64,000 bases of DNA from Candidatus Woesearchaeota archaeon (lineage in GTDB: Archaea; Nanobdellota; Nanobdellia; Woesearchaeales; JAZDKJ01), in assembly GCA_043803105.1 (NCBI GenBank), contig JAZDKJ010000013.1, positions 1 through 64,000 of the forward strand, read 5' to 3'. Below are positions 1 to 9,396 of the stretch, one piece after another. Under the pieces are notes generated by a model. It ran no database searches, was not told the DNA's origin, and worked only from the letters and a program-made list of their open reading frames with translations. Position 1 is the first letter of the stretch, and the number at the start of each line of letters is the position of its first letter. Made by a program: the position numbers and the translations under genes.

Positions 1-1
1 A

Positions 2-220
2 ATAAAGCCAAAGGAAGCAGAGATAACTGATCCAGATATACACGCCATACAGGCTATGACCAAGCATTTCAAAAAAAGAACGATAGAATTAGCAGTTAAA
101 GAAAGAATAGAGAATAGCACCAAACCCACTCATTTGTATCGCAGTCTTAATAAAATTGAGAAGGAACAGGTTAAAAAAATAGTAAAACAAATAAAAAACC
201 AAAGGAGTAAGGCAAAATAG
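2..220 (+). CDS. 3' end of a hypothetical protein, truncated by the window edge
   Basis: Frame 2 is open from the window start (IKPKEAEITDPDIHAIQ...RSKAK) to TAG at 218-220. Confidence 0.55.
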   Translation: MKPKEAEITDPDIHAIQAMTKHFKKRTIELAVKERIENSTKPTHLYRSLNKIEKEQVKKIVKQIKNQRSKAK

Positions 221-246
221 AGCGGGGACTAACATAGATGTCTCAA

Positions 247-364
247 TACGGCAGCCGGGACTATCGAGCTGACGCTCTCTGTCGTTGTCGACATGGTCGC
301 CAACTACTCGAACCCGGGTATCAAGCTTGGGAAGCTCGAATCATAGCCGCTAGATCACTGCCGT
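247..364 (-). tRNA. tRNA-Gly(CCC) with a 46-nt intron (261-306) at T-loop position 59/60
   Basis: Minus strand: acceptor stem ACGGCAG/CTGCCGT, anticodon arm CGAGC-TTCCCAA-GCTTG, and T-arm CCGGG-TTCGAG^T-CCCGG once 261-306 is removed. Discriminator A, no encoded CCA, TATA-like box upstream. Confidence 0.9.
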
Positions 365-413
365 GTGGAATAAGGTTATGTTTCTTGGTTTTTATAGATT
401 GCTAAAAGTTTTC

Positions 414-503
414 CCAGGCCCAATTCGAACTTTGTTCGAATGGGCGCAATCAAACCTTAGGTTTGATTTGTGTTTTTTGGAGCGTTAGCGAGAAAAAAGC
501 TGG
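414..503. repeat. Multi-hairpin palindromic element (REP/MITE-like)
   Basis: Three stems: gcccaattcgaac-ttt-gttcgaatgggc (418-445), aatcaaacc-tta-ggtttgatt (448-468) and T6...A6 (473-498). The set is closed by ccag (414-417)/ctgg (500-503). Confidence 0.6.
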
Positions 504-533
504 CTCACATCAAAGCAGGTAGATCACTGCCAT
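503..533 (-). pseudogene. Degenerate 5' half copy of tRNA-Gly
   Basis: ATGGCAGTGATCTACCTGCTTTGATGTGAGC matches the first 31 nt of the adjacent tRNA-Gly at 25 of 31 positions. No 3' half follows. Confidence 0.65.
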
Positions 534-695
534 GCAGTATGAGGATAAGAATCCCTTCTTATAAAAATTATGTATTCACAGTTTTACATATATTTCCTGT
601 AGCTATGTGAGCAATCGGCGGTGAAGTAAATTTCCCAATAGCCAGGGGAAGAATCGAGCACCACAGAAGGGGAGAAGTACAGAAAAAGCTGAACC

Positions 696-968
696 CTACT
701 CTTTTTCCTCTTCTGCCTCATAAGACGGAACTGCAGCCTTGCTTATGACCATGACATCGCCAATGGCCTTGACAAGCTGATGAGGCACAATAACACCCTT
801 GGCAGAGCCAAGGACCTTGTTTAAAAAGGAGCTCTTGGTGGACTTAACGCGCCAGCCAAAAACCTTGGTCTGGGTGAGAATGACCTCTTCAACGTCGCCA
901 AAATAGTCCCCGGTGTCAGTAAAGACCTTCATATCATAAGAATCAGTTATCCTTTTCATCTTGAGCAT
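696..968 (-). CDS. PRC-barrel domain protein
   Basis: MKVFTDTGDYFGDVEEV...VIVPHQLVKAIGDVMVI is the PRC-barrel pattern. Probable start is MLKMK, with GGAGGG upstream. Confidence 0.85.
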   Translation of the reverse strand: MLKMKRITDSYDMKVFTDTGDYFGDVEEVILTQTKVFGWRVKSTKSSFLNKVLGSAKGVIVPHQLVKAIGDVMVISKAAVPSYEAEEEKE

Positions 969-1056
969 GCTATCCCTCCGAACAATTACTATGAGCCTAC
1001 CGAAAGGGTAATAGTATATAAATCTTACGTCGAGACACAAGCTTTATATCTAAAAA

Positions 1057-1761
1057 GTGTTATCTGAAGGCATGGAAAATCTCAAGATCTTGGGAACGTC
1101 ACACATAGCAAAGGAATCAATAGAAAGGGTAAAGGAAGAGATAGAAAGCGGACAATATGATATCGTAACCCTCGAGCTTGACAATGTAAGACTCTATTCT
1201 CTATTGCACCCCTCAAAGGCAAAAATAAGGGCAACAGACATAGCAAAGGTAGGACTAAAAGGCTATATTTTCAGCCTGATCGGAGCATGGGCAGAAAACA
1301 AGCTAGGTGCTGCGGTAGGAGTAAAGCCGGGCACAGAAATGACAATGGCATACAAGCTAGCAAAGAAAAAAGGTTTGAAAATAGCACTCGTGGACCAGAG
1401 AATAGACATCACACTAAGCAGGCTGTCGAAGGGAATAACATGGAAAGAGAAACTGAACTTTGCAATAGACATAATAAAAAGCCCGTTCGTGAGAAGGCCT
1501 GAACTTAGGTTTGACCTAAGAAAAGTACCGAGCCAAGAAATCATAAACACCCTAATCAAGGAAGTCAAAGAGAGGTACCCAAACTTCTACAGGATATTGG
1601 TAACGGAAAGAAACCAAGTGATGGCACGAAACATCCACAGAATAATGAAACAGAATCCTGGACAAAGAATCCTTGCCATAGTAGGGGCAGGCCACGAAAA
1701 AGAGCTTGAACTCCTAATAAAACAAGAGGGACAGATCACATACAGCTTCACAGTTGGATAA
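1057..1761 (+). CDS. TraB/PrgY family protein
   Basis: Motifs LGTSH, LELD, PGTEM, LVDQRI, LVTERN and AIVGAGH. Confidence 0.88.
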   Translation: MLSEGMENLKILGTSHIAKESIERVKEEIESGQYDIVTLELDNVRLYSLLHPSKAKIRATDIAKVGLKGYIFSLIGAWAENKLGAAVGVKPGTEMTMAYKLAKKKGLKIALVDQRIDITLSRLSKGITWKEKLNFAIDIIKSPFVRRPELRFDLRKVPSQEIINTLIKEVKERYPNFYRILVTERNQVMARNIHRIMKQNPGQRILAIVGAGHEKELELLIKQEGQITYSFTVG

Positions 1762-1797
1762 AAGCAAAAATTTTTATATGCCCATCACGGAGAAAAA

Positions 1798-2550
1798 TTG
1801 ATGGGCGCCTATACTGACCTATTAAAAAGATATTTCCCATTCACAGAGAACGAAACAAAGGCATTCATAATATCAGTACTCGCGTTAACTTTGATAGTAA
1901 GCTTCAATGACCGGGCAGAAAGCTTCAGCCTTGCGCATTGGCTAGGAAACTTCTTGATATGGCTTGTTATTGTTGCAATAAGCTTATTTGTGCACCATGC
2001 AGGGCATAGACTGCTTGGACTAAAAGTGGGCAACAGAGTCGAATACCAGTTATGGTGGTACGGGCTTCTAGTAGGGCTCATAGTCATGTTCGTAACCAGG
2101 GGGAGGATATGGTTACTAATACCTGGCGGAATATTGATACATCACATGCCAATACAAAGGCTAGGCAGGTTCAGATACGGACCAAACGTGTTCTCTTTAG
2201 CGATGATAGCATTGTTTGGGCCATTGGCAAGCATTGCGCTAGCGCTCCTGGTAAAAACACCCCAGGTATGGTTCAATTTCGCACTATTCGGGCCAACCTT
2301 TGTAGAAAACGTGTACATCTTCAACCTGGCAATTGCAGCATATGCACTCCTGCCAATCCCGCCACTTGCAGGAAGCAGGATATTCTTCGCATCAAGGCCA
2401 ATCTACATATTGATTGCAACAGCAGTAATAGCATATGCGCTCCTTGCGTATGCAAAGATATACTCAGCATTGCTTGCAATACTGATAGGCGTGATTGTAT
2501 GGGCAGTATTTGTATTCCAGTTTGAGAAGGGGGCGTGGAAGTTTGAATAA
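1798..2550 (+). CDS. Site-2 protease (M50)-like membrane protein with degenerate catalytic motifs
   Basis: Several TM helices. HHAGH sits at the HExxH position, followed by IALFGP, and ALLPIPPLAG sits at the NLLPxxPLDG position. Confidence 0.7.
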   Translation: MMGAYTDLLKRYFPFTENETKAFIISVLALTLIVSFNDRAESFSLAHWLGNFLIWLVIVAISLFVHHAGHRLLGLKVGNRVEYQLWWYGLLVGLIVMFVTRGRIWLLIPGGILIHHMPIQRLGRFRYGPNVFSLAMIALFGPLASIALALLVKTPQVWFNFALFGPTFVENVYIFNLAIAAYALLPIPPLAGSRIFFASRPIYILIATAVIAYALLAYAKIYSALLAILIGVIVWAVFVFQFEKGAWKFE

Positions 2551-2878
2551 AAAAGCAGTAAACTTCTACAAGGACTGGGCAGAAATACTTGCTGGTGTGC
2601 TGCTCGTGCTTGGGTTCATACTTGCGTTAACAACAGGCTCAAAGGTAATGTCATATTTGGTCATAACATTATGCGGAATGATGTTCGGCAGGCTTTGGCA
2701 CAAATACAAGAAAAACTTCCAGTTCACATGGTTCCTGGTAATACTCGGATTCATTATAGGATATCTCCTCGGCAACTATTACGGCAGCACATACACCACC
2801 ATAACCTTGTTCCTGGTGGGCATAATGATAAGCTATTACATGCACGACAAGAAAATAATAAAGACAGTTGGTTATTGA
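2543..2878 (+). CDS. Small integral membrane protein
   Basis: About 4 hydrophobic helices; overlaps both neighbours in an operon. TTG start inferred. Confidence 0.65.
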   Translation: MNKKAVNFYKDWAEILAGVLLVLGFILALTTGSKVMSYLVITLCGMMFGRLWHKYKKNFQFTWFLVILGFIIGYLLGNYYGSTYTTITLFLVGIMISYYMHDKKIIKTVGY

Positions 2879-3441
2879 TGCGTTATCTTGAACAGATTAC
2901 CAAAAACATATGGAAACTGAAGGCAGACTGCAATGTTTACTTGCTGGATAACGATGAGCCCATAGTGATAGACACTTCAAAAAGGGCAAACAGAGAGCTA
3001 CTCGTAAGATGGCTCTCAAAGGTAAGGGCTTTTGAAGAGATAAGGCATGTGGTATTCACTCACCTTCATTATGACCACATAGGCAACTTTGACCTTTTTT
3101 CCAACGCAAGGTTCTATGCATCAGAAAGCGAAATTGAATCATTCAAGAAAGAACCTGAAGGGACAGTACTAGACAGGGAAATGGCAGAGAGGCTCAAGGT
3201 TGAATTGAGACCAGCACAAAACCTCGAGGGGCTTGAGGTCATAGAGACACCAGGACATAGCGCAGGCAGCATATGCCTTTGGCACGCAAAAGAAAGAATA
3301 CTTTTCTCAGGAGACACACTATTTTCCAGCAAGCAGACAGGCAGGGTGGACTTGCCAAGCTCTGAACCTTCAAAAATGAATGAATCACTAATGAGGCTTG
3401 TCAACTACAACTTCAAAATCCTCTGCCCAGGGCACGACTGA
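2878..3441 (+). CDS. MBL-fold metallo-hydrolase (glyoxalase II-like)
   Basis: THLHYDHIG, TPGHS, LFSGD and PGH motifs. ATG overlaps the previous stop. Confidence 0.9.
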   Translation: MRYLEQITKNIWKLKADCNVYLLDNDEPIVIDTSKRANRELLVRWLSKVRAFEEIRHVVFTHLHYDHIGNFDLFSNARFYASESEIESFKKEPEGTVLDREMAERLKVELRPAQNLEGLEVIETPGHSAGSICLWHAKERILFSGDTLFSSKQTGRVDLPSSEPSKMNESLMRLVNYNFKILCPGHD

Positions 3442-3497
3442 ATAATTGCGGATCAAGGCGCGAAACGTATATAAAGCGCAAGAAACTCTGAATAGGT

Positions 3498-5699
3498 ATG
3501 ATAAAGGATTTCACGCCAAGGCTTTACCAAGAGACAATACTAAACACCTGCGTGAACAACAACACACTGGTTGTCTTACCAACAGGCATGGGAAAGACAA
3601 ACATTTTCCTAATGATAAGTGCGCAGAGGCTAAGGCAATACCCAAAATCAAAGATATTACTTGTCGGGCCAACAAGGCCGCTCATCGACCAATACATGCT
3701 AGTTTTCAAGAAGCACTTCCAGATAGAAGAGAGCAAGATGGCAATCTTCACAGGGATGGTTAGCCCAGAAAAAAGGGCAGGATTATGGAAGGAGTCAACA
3801 ATCATCTTCTCAACACCACAAGGATTGGAAAATGACATAATCACAGGAAGGATAAACCTTGAAGAGGTATCGCTTCTGGGGTTTGATGAGGCACACAGGG
3901 CAGTGGGAGATTATGCGTACGGCTTTGTCGCAAAACAGTACCATAAACTGGCAAAACACCCGAGAATAATAGGGCTTACTGCAAGCCCAGGGGCAGACAA
4001 TGAAAAAATCCAAGAGGTGTGCACAAACCTGTTCATAGAGGCAATAGAAGTAAGGACAAATGAAGACGCTGATGTCAAGCCATACAGCCAGGAAATAAAG
4101 ATAGAATGGAGAGAGGTTGAACTAGGGGCAGAGCTAACAAAGGTCCAGTATTTCCTGAAAAGGTACATAAATGAGAGGCTAAACAAACTCAAGAAATGGG
4201 GAGTGCTGAAAAGAACAGACCTACAGTTTATCAACAAAACTGATCTTTTGGCAATACAACAACAGCTGCGCGCGAGGGCGGCGTCAGGGGAAAAGGACTT
4301 TGTTGTATGGACCAGCCTGTCAGTGCTTGCCGAGCTGATGAAAATATCACATGCTCTAGAATTAGTTGAGACACAAGGCGTGGGGGCTGCATACAACTAC
4401 CTAAAAAAGCTGGAAGAAGAAGGCAAGAACACAAAGGTTAAGGCAGTGCAAAACATAGTGAAAGACCCTGATTTTCGGTCAAGCCTGTACCTGGTGGAGG
4501 AGTTGAAGAGAAAGCACGAGTTGCACCCAAAGCTCAAAGAGCTAAAAAGAATAATCAGCAGCGAAATGCAGAACAAGGATGCAAAAATACTCGTATTCAA
4601 CCAATACAGGGACAATGCCAGCGAAATACAAAAAGAGTTATCAGAAATAGAAGGGGTAAGAGGCCAAATATTTGTAGGGCAGACAAAAAAAGGAGAGACA
4701 GGGCTAAGCCAAAAAGAACAAAAGGAGATAATAGAAAGGTTCAGGGAAGGGGAGCTAAACATCCTGGTAGCAACATCGATAGGCGAAGAAGGGCTGGACA
4801 TACCAAGGGTGGACCTGGTGATATTCTATGAACCGATACCGAGCGCAATAAGGCACATACAAAGAAGAGGCCGCACAGGAAGACAAGAGGAAGGAAGGGT
4901 AATAGTGCTAATGGCAAAACACACCAGGGACGAGGGATACAGATGGTCGGCACACCACAAAGAAAAACAGATGTACAAAAATCTTGATGTTCTGAAGAAA
5001 AAAATAAAGTTATATAAGCCAGAGGAAAGCCTAAGCAAATTCATGGAAACAAAGCCCATAGTGTATGCAGACCACAGGGAAAAAGGAAGCGGAATAATAA
5101 GAGAGCTTGTGGACCTGGGAGCAGAGATAAAACTGCAACAGCTAGAGGTAGGAGACTATCTAGCGAGCAACAGGGTGTGCATTGAGCTTAAAACAACAGA
5201 GGATTTTGTGAACTCGATACTAGACGGAAGACTTCTTGAACAGCTGAAGGCAATGAAGTCACAATATGAAAGGCCGGTTGTTATTATCGAAGGAAATGAG
5301 GACATATACTCAGTAAGAAACGTACACCCAAACGCAATACGCGGAATGCTGGCAACAATAGCAGTGAGCTACGGAATACCTACAATAAACACAAGAAATG
5401 CAAAGGATACAGCAGCGTTAATACTGGCGATAGCAAAAAGAGAGCAAGAAGAAACAACAAGAGAATTCCAGCCGCATGGAGAGAAAAAACCGATGACGAT
5501 AAAGGAGCAGCAGGAGTATATAGTCAGCGCACTGCCAGGAGTAGGAATAACACTTGCAAGGCCACTATTAAGAAAATTCAAAACAGTCAAGAAGCTGGTG
5601 AACGCCACAGAAGAAGCGCTGCAAAAGGTGGAAAAAATAGGGCCTCAGAAGGCAAAACAAATCAAGGAAGTAGTGGAAAAAGAATACGAAGAAAACTAG
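3498..5699 (+). CDS. hef: Hef/FANCM-like SF2 helicase with ERCC4 nuclease
   Basis: LPTGMGKT, DEAH, TASP and QRRGRTGR helicase motifs; ERCC4 GDY...IELKTTEDF; C-terminal HhH motifs (LPGVG, VEKIG). Confidence 0.95.
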   Translation: MIKDFTPRLYQETILNTCVNNNTLVVLPTGMGKTNIFLMISAQRLRQYPKSKILLVGPTRPLIDQYMLVFKKHFQIEESKMAIFTGMVSPEKRAGLWKESTIIFSTPQGLENDIITGRINLEEVSLLGFDEAHRAVGDYAYGFVAKQYHKLAKHPRIIGLTASPGADNEKIQEVCTNLFIEAIEVRTNEDADVKPYSQEIKIEWREVELGAELTKVQYFLKRYINERLNKLKKWGVLKRTDLQFINKTDLLAIQQQLRARAASGEKDFVVWTSLSVLAELMKISHALELVETQGVGAAYNYLKKLEEEGKNTKVKAVQNIVKDPDFRSSLYLVEELKRKHELHPKLKELKRIISSEMQNKDAKILVFNQYRDNASEIQKELSEIEGVRGQIFVGQTKKGETGLSQKEQKEIIERFREGELNILVATSIGEEGLDIPRVDLVIFYEPIPSAIRHIQRRGRTGRQEEGRVIVLMAKHTRDEGYRWSAHHKEKQMYKNLDVLKKKIKLYKPEESLSKFMETKPIVYADHREKGSGIIRELVDLGAEIKLQQLEVGDYLASNRVCIELKTTEDFVNSILDGRLLEQLKAMKSQYERPVVIIEGNEDIYSVRNVHPNAIRGMLATIAVSYGIPTINTRNAKDTAALILAIAKREQEETTREFQPHGEKKPMTIKEQQEYIVSALPGVGITLARPLLRKFKTVKKLVNATEEALQKVEKIGPQKAKQIKEVVEKEYEEN

Positions 5700-6073
5700 T
5701 TCTGCAAGAGGTAATGACCATCTGGGGGAATCCAGTATGACTTTGGGTCAAAAGGGAGTGTTGCATGATGAACACCAAGGGAGTGACATCTCTTAATAGG
5801 AGCTGGGCTTTGCCAAGCTTCCAAAAACTCATCAAGGTTTCCAGAGACTGCAGCGGCAATAATCGGGTCAAGCTTAGACTTTGGAATTATCAGCTTATGC
5901 AAAATCTCAGCACTATCGTAGAAGACTTTTCCGACAAAAGCCCTGCCTTCAGGGGTGTAAATGCCCAAGGGCGGGGAAACAGGAATGTACCTTACCATAA
6001 CCACACCATTAGGAAAATCTTCAGAAGGCTTGAACAAGGTAATATCAATTGACGGATGTATTATGGCCGGCAT
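5696..6073 (-). CDS. Hypothetical protein
   Basis: 125-aa ORF converging on hef, with a TTTATATA box about 25 nt upstream. No recognised motif. Confidence 0.5.
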   Translation of the reverse strand: MPAIIHPSIDITLFKPSEDFPNGVVMVRYIPVSPPLGIYTPEGRAFVGKVFYDSAEILHKLIIPKSKLDPIIAAAVSGNLDEFLEAWQSPAPIKRCHSLGVHHATLPFDPKSYWIPPDGHYLLQN

Positions 6074-6150
6074 ACTGAAGAGGATACGGATGATATATAA
6101 AAATTTTTACCTCAAGCTTTTTAAATGGAACAGGAACTAAGGGCAAGAAC

Positions 6151-6351
6151 ATGAGCACAAACAACTACACGCAAATAGAAGAAATAGAACGAACACGAGC
6201 AGGACATTTCATTGGGTTAATAGAGTATGGCATACTAGTTGCAGCAGTAGACACAAAAATCGCTTACCATAGGATGAAATGCGCGCTGAAAGCAAAAAAG
6301 GACCAAATTCTAGGAAACAGAAATCCTGAAACAATAGAAGCGAAGCTCTAG
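6151..6351 (+). CDS. Small hypothetical protein
   Basis: 66-aa ORF preceded by a TTTAAA box; ends ETIEAKL. Confidence 0.5.
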   Translation: MSTNNYTQIEEIERTRAGHFIGLIEYGILVAAVDTKIAYHRMKCALKAKKDQILGNRNPETIEAKL

Positions 6352-6388
6352 GGAAAGTTTTTTATAGGCTCTTAAAGGCATAAAATCC

Positions 6389-7453
6389 ATGCTGTACTGG
6401 TTTTTGCCCGGGATAATACTTCTGGGAATAATAACAACATATGAGGACCTAAAGAAAGGAAAAATCAGAAATAAATGGATCATAGCAGCGGTTGTATATG
6501 CGATTGCAGCCAACCTTGCCATAACAGGATATATGGCAATCACAGCCCAGCAGGCAAGAGGAATGTATTTTGTTGAGTTAGCTGTCATGGCGATGATTTC
6601 GCTAGCAGCAGGATACTCAATCTGGGCTGCAGGGTTCTGGACTGCAGGAGACGCAAAACTATTCTTCGCTTTTTCGCTGCTTGTACCGCTTGACAGCTAT
6701 AGGTATGGGTATATGCCTTATCTTTCCTCAATAAACATACTGATAAACACCTTCATACCAGTGTTTGTTGTATTGACAATATTTGTGCTCATTAAAACAA
6801 CTGCAGGGCAGAAGATGGAAAATTTAAAGAAAACGCTTGAGCCTAAACAAGCGCTACAGCTCTTGCTGTACCTGTTCGCGTTCAGCTGGATACCAGCGAT
6901 ATTACAATTTGCAGGAATCAGAACAAACTACGTAATCTTTTTAGGAATATTGTTCATATTATATTTCTTTGTGGAACTACTCAAAGGAAAAGCAATATAC
7001 CTCCTGGCAGCAATATCATTGGCAAGACTTTTCCTGGACCAGAACATATATTCACTGCACTACCTAACTATGCTGGCAACCATTTGGTTTGGCTTTCTCA
7101 TAGCAAGGTTCTTCCTGGTGTACCTTGGCTATGCTGTGCTCACAAAACAGACAGACATAAAACTACTTAGGGAGGGCAATGTTCCTGCAGAGGCAGTGTA
7201 TATTGAGCGCGGAAAGTACAAAAAAGAGAGCATGGCGCAGTTCTCATTGTTCCAGCGCAGAAAGCATTATTATATCATCGAACCAACAGCAGAGGGCTTG
7301 ACTGCCAAGCAAATAAGGGCAATAAAGAAGACAAATCTCGGACACCTAAGAATTCATTCGACAGTACCGTTCGCACCATTCATATTTGCAGGGGTAATCA
7401 TCACAATCTTGGTGCAGGGCAGCATGATCGCTTCGATAGCAAGCGGATTATAG
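6389..7453 (+). CDS. A24 family prepilin/class III signal peptidase (long, EppA/PibD-like)
   Basis: Both catalytic Asp motifs are present (YEDLKKGKIRN and TAGDAKL), with many TM helices and C-terminal VPFAPFI. Confidence 0.88.
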   Translation: MLYWFLPGIILLGIITTYEDLKKGKIRNKWIIAAVVYAIAANLAITGYMAITAQQARGMYFVELAVMAMISLAAGYSIWAAGFWTAGDAKLFFAFSLLVPLDSYRYGYMPYLSSINILINTFIPVFVVLTIFVLIKTTAGQKMENLKKTLEPKQALQLLLYLFAFSWIPAILQFAGIRTNYVIFLGILFILYFFVELLKGKAIYLLAAISLARLFLDQNIYSLHYLTMLATIWFGFLIARFFLVYLGYAVLTKQTDIKLLREGNVPAEAVYIERGKYKKESMAQFSLFQRRKHYYIIEPTAEGLTAKQIRAIKKTNLGHLRIHSTVPFAPFIFAGVIITILVQGSMIASIASGL

Positions 7454-7494
7454 GGCACACAAAAATTTATATAACAAAAATCTTTTGTGCATCC

Positions 7495-7866
7495 ATGGAC
7501 AAAATCTTCGAAATAAACAAGGAAGAAGGATATGTCATAGTTTCTGTAAACCCGAAAATATACCCCTTGGATGTGGTATTGTCAGCAGCTTATCTTTTTA
7601 CAGAAAACAATTATGTGCTCCTAGACGGAGATCCAAAGGATGAGCTCATTGTGGAAATACGACCGAAGGAAAAGGCAGACCTGGAAAAGGTTGGCATGGA
7701 GTTCAACAATGAACTGATACGCTATGCAAACTATGCAGTAGCTGCCATAAAAAACCAAAAACTAAGGGAGGCAATAATCTCAAGAGTGATGATGACAAAC
7801 AGCCTTGATCCTCTAGAGGCATTAAAACCCTGGGCAAAAAATGAAGAAAGTAACAATCAAGGATAA
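7495..7866 (+). CDS. hxsD: His-Xaa-Ser system protein HxsD
   Basis: IYPLDVVLSAAYLFT...EFNNELI...LREAII pattern; lies upstream of hxsB. Confidence 0.8.
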   Translation: MDKIFEINKEEGYVIVSVNPKIYPLDVVLSAAYLFTENNYVLLDGDPKDELIVEIRPKEKADLEKVGMEFNNELIRYANYAVAAIKNQKLREAIISRVMMTNSLDPLEALKPWAKNEESNNQG

Positions 7867-8062
7867 AGCTGCAGTGCTGCAGTTCAACAAGAAAATATAC
7901 GAAGAAAAGATGATAAAACAAGCAGCAGAAGACTATGGGGAAATATGCAGCGTGGAGTTTACAGACACAGGGATTGTGCTTAAACCCAAAGAAGAAGGGC
8001 AGCTAAAACTCGTAGGCTACGAATTCTACAATTACGTGCTTGGGCTGATGAAAAACCAATGA
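7841..8062 (+). CDS. HxsD-like small protein
   Basis: FNKKIYEEKMIKQAAEDY...EFYNYVL is a shortened version of the HxsD pattern; overlaps both neighbours. Confidence 0.7.
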   Translation: MKKVTIKDKAAVLQFNKKIYEEKMIKQAAEDYGEICSVEFTDTGIVLKPKEEGQLKLVGYEFYNYVLGLMKNQ

Positions 8063-9396
8063 ACGGCGAACTTCTGCAAAACCATGTAAGACAAAAGAGA
8101 ATCGGTGAAGGCATACTTCTTACAACAGACTACGGAAGCTGGACATACTTGAGCCAAGAAGAATACGAGCAATACCAAGAAGGAAAACTTGACAGCATAA
8201 AACTCAAAGAGAACGGAATAGTTATAGGAGACGAAAACTATGAGTCCGTAATCAGAGACTACAGGAGAAAGATAGCATACCTGTTCCAGGGGCCGAGCCT
8301 GCACATAGTGGTGCCAACACTAAGATGCAACATGCAATGCATTTACTGCCATGCAAGAAGCAAGCCAATCGACACACAAGGATATGACATGGACATAGAC
8401 ACTGCAAAAAAAACAGTTGACTTCATATTCCAAAGCCCATCAAAGGCAATAACGATAGAATTTCAGGGAGGAGAGCCACTGGCAAACTTTGGGACAGTAA
8501 AATATCTGGTTCAGTATGCAAAGAAAAAAAATCAGAAAGAAAAAAGAGACCTAAGGCTAAGCATAGTGACAAACCTTGTCCTGATGGATGAAGAAAAACT
8601 AAAATTTCTCACAAAGGAAAAAGTAAACATATGCACGTCACTAGACGGGAACCAGATGGTGCATGACAAAAACAGACAGGAATATGCACAGACTGTGAAG
8701 TGGATAAAGAGAATAAGGGAAAACAACAATATAAACGCGATGACCATAATCACTAAACACTCATTGAACTATCACAAGGAAATAGTTGACGAGTATGCAA
8801 GGCTAGGGCTTGACACAATATGGATAAAGCCAGTGAGCAAATTAGGATGCGCGGAGGAAAAGTGGAATGAAATCGGAATAAGCGCTGAAGAGTTCCTTGA
8901 GTTCTGGAAAAAAGCAATGGAAAGGGTGCTTGAGATCAACAAGAAACAGACGCTAAAAGAGAACTCTATATCTATAATCCTCAAGAAGATACTCTCCAAG
9001 GACTGCTACAATTTCGCAGACCTTGAAAGCCCTTGCGGGGCAGCAATAGCGCAGCTGGCATACAATCACGATGGAAGCATTTACACCTGTGATGAGGCAC
9101 GGCTGTTTGAGATATTCAAGCTAGGCACAGTGGAACAAAAATTCAAAGAGGTTGTGGCATCAAGGGGAACTGAGGGAATAGTCAGGAGCTCGATAAACGA
9201 CAACCCTGCTTGCGAGGTATGCGCATACAAGCCATACTGCGGGGTTTGCCCTGTAAGCAGCTTTGCTGAAACAGGAAACATAATAACCAGGCTTCCAAAC
9301 AGGAGATGCGCGATACTCAAAGGACAGTTTGACTATGTTTTCGAGAAGATATTATTTGATGAAGAATTCAAAAGCGCAACCAAACCCTGGATTTAA
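8059..9396 (+). CDS. hxsB: His-Xaa-Ser system radical SAM/SPASM maturase HxsB
   Basis: LHIVVPTLRCNMQCIYCHA, IEFQGGEP, SPCGAAIAQLAYNHDGSIYTCDE and CEVCAYKPYCGVCP. Confidence 0.9.
   Translation: MNGELLQNHVRQKRIGEGILLTTDYGSWTYLSQEEYEQYQEGKLDSIKLKENGIVIGDENYESVIRDYRRKIAYLFQGPSLHIVVPTLRCNMQCIYCHARSKPIDTQGYDMDIDTAKKTVDFIFQSPSKAITIEFQGGEPLANFGTVKYLVQYAKKKNQKEKRDLRLSIVTNLVLMDEEKLKFLTKEKVNICTSLDGNQMVHDKNRQEYAQTVKWIKRIRENNNINAMTIITKHSLNYHKEIVDEYARLGLDTIWIKPVSKLGCAEEKWNEIGISAEEFLEFWKKAMERVLEINKKQTLKENSISIILKKILSKDCYNFADLESPCGAAIAQLAYNHDGSIYTCDEARLFEIFKLGTVEQKFKEVVASRGTEGIVRSSINDNPACEVCAYKPYCGVCPVSSFAETGNIITRLPNRRCAILKGQFDYVFEKILFDEEFKSATKPWI

Noticed and set aside
503-533. Functional split-tRNA half
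   Set aside because: The conserved D-loop residues are mutated and no matching free 3' half is in the window. It is kept only as a pseudogene or ncRNA candidate.
2671-2877. N-terminal extension of the MBL hydrolase given in the ORF track
   Set aside because: It overlaps the upstream membrane gene and looks non-coding; the ATG at 2878 fits the domain start.
5765-6052. Plus-strand 95-aa ORF
   Set aside because: It overlaps the longer minus-strand ORF, which has a TATA box and a more protein-like sequence.
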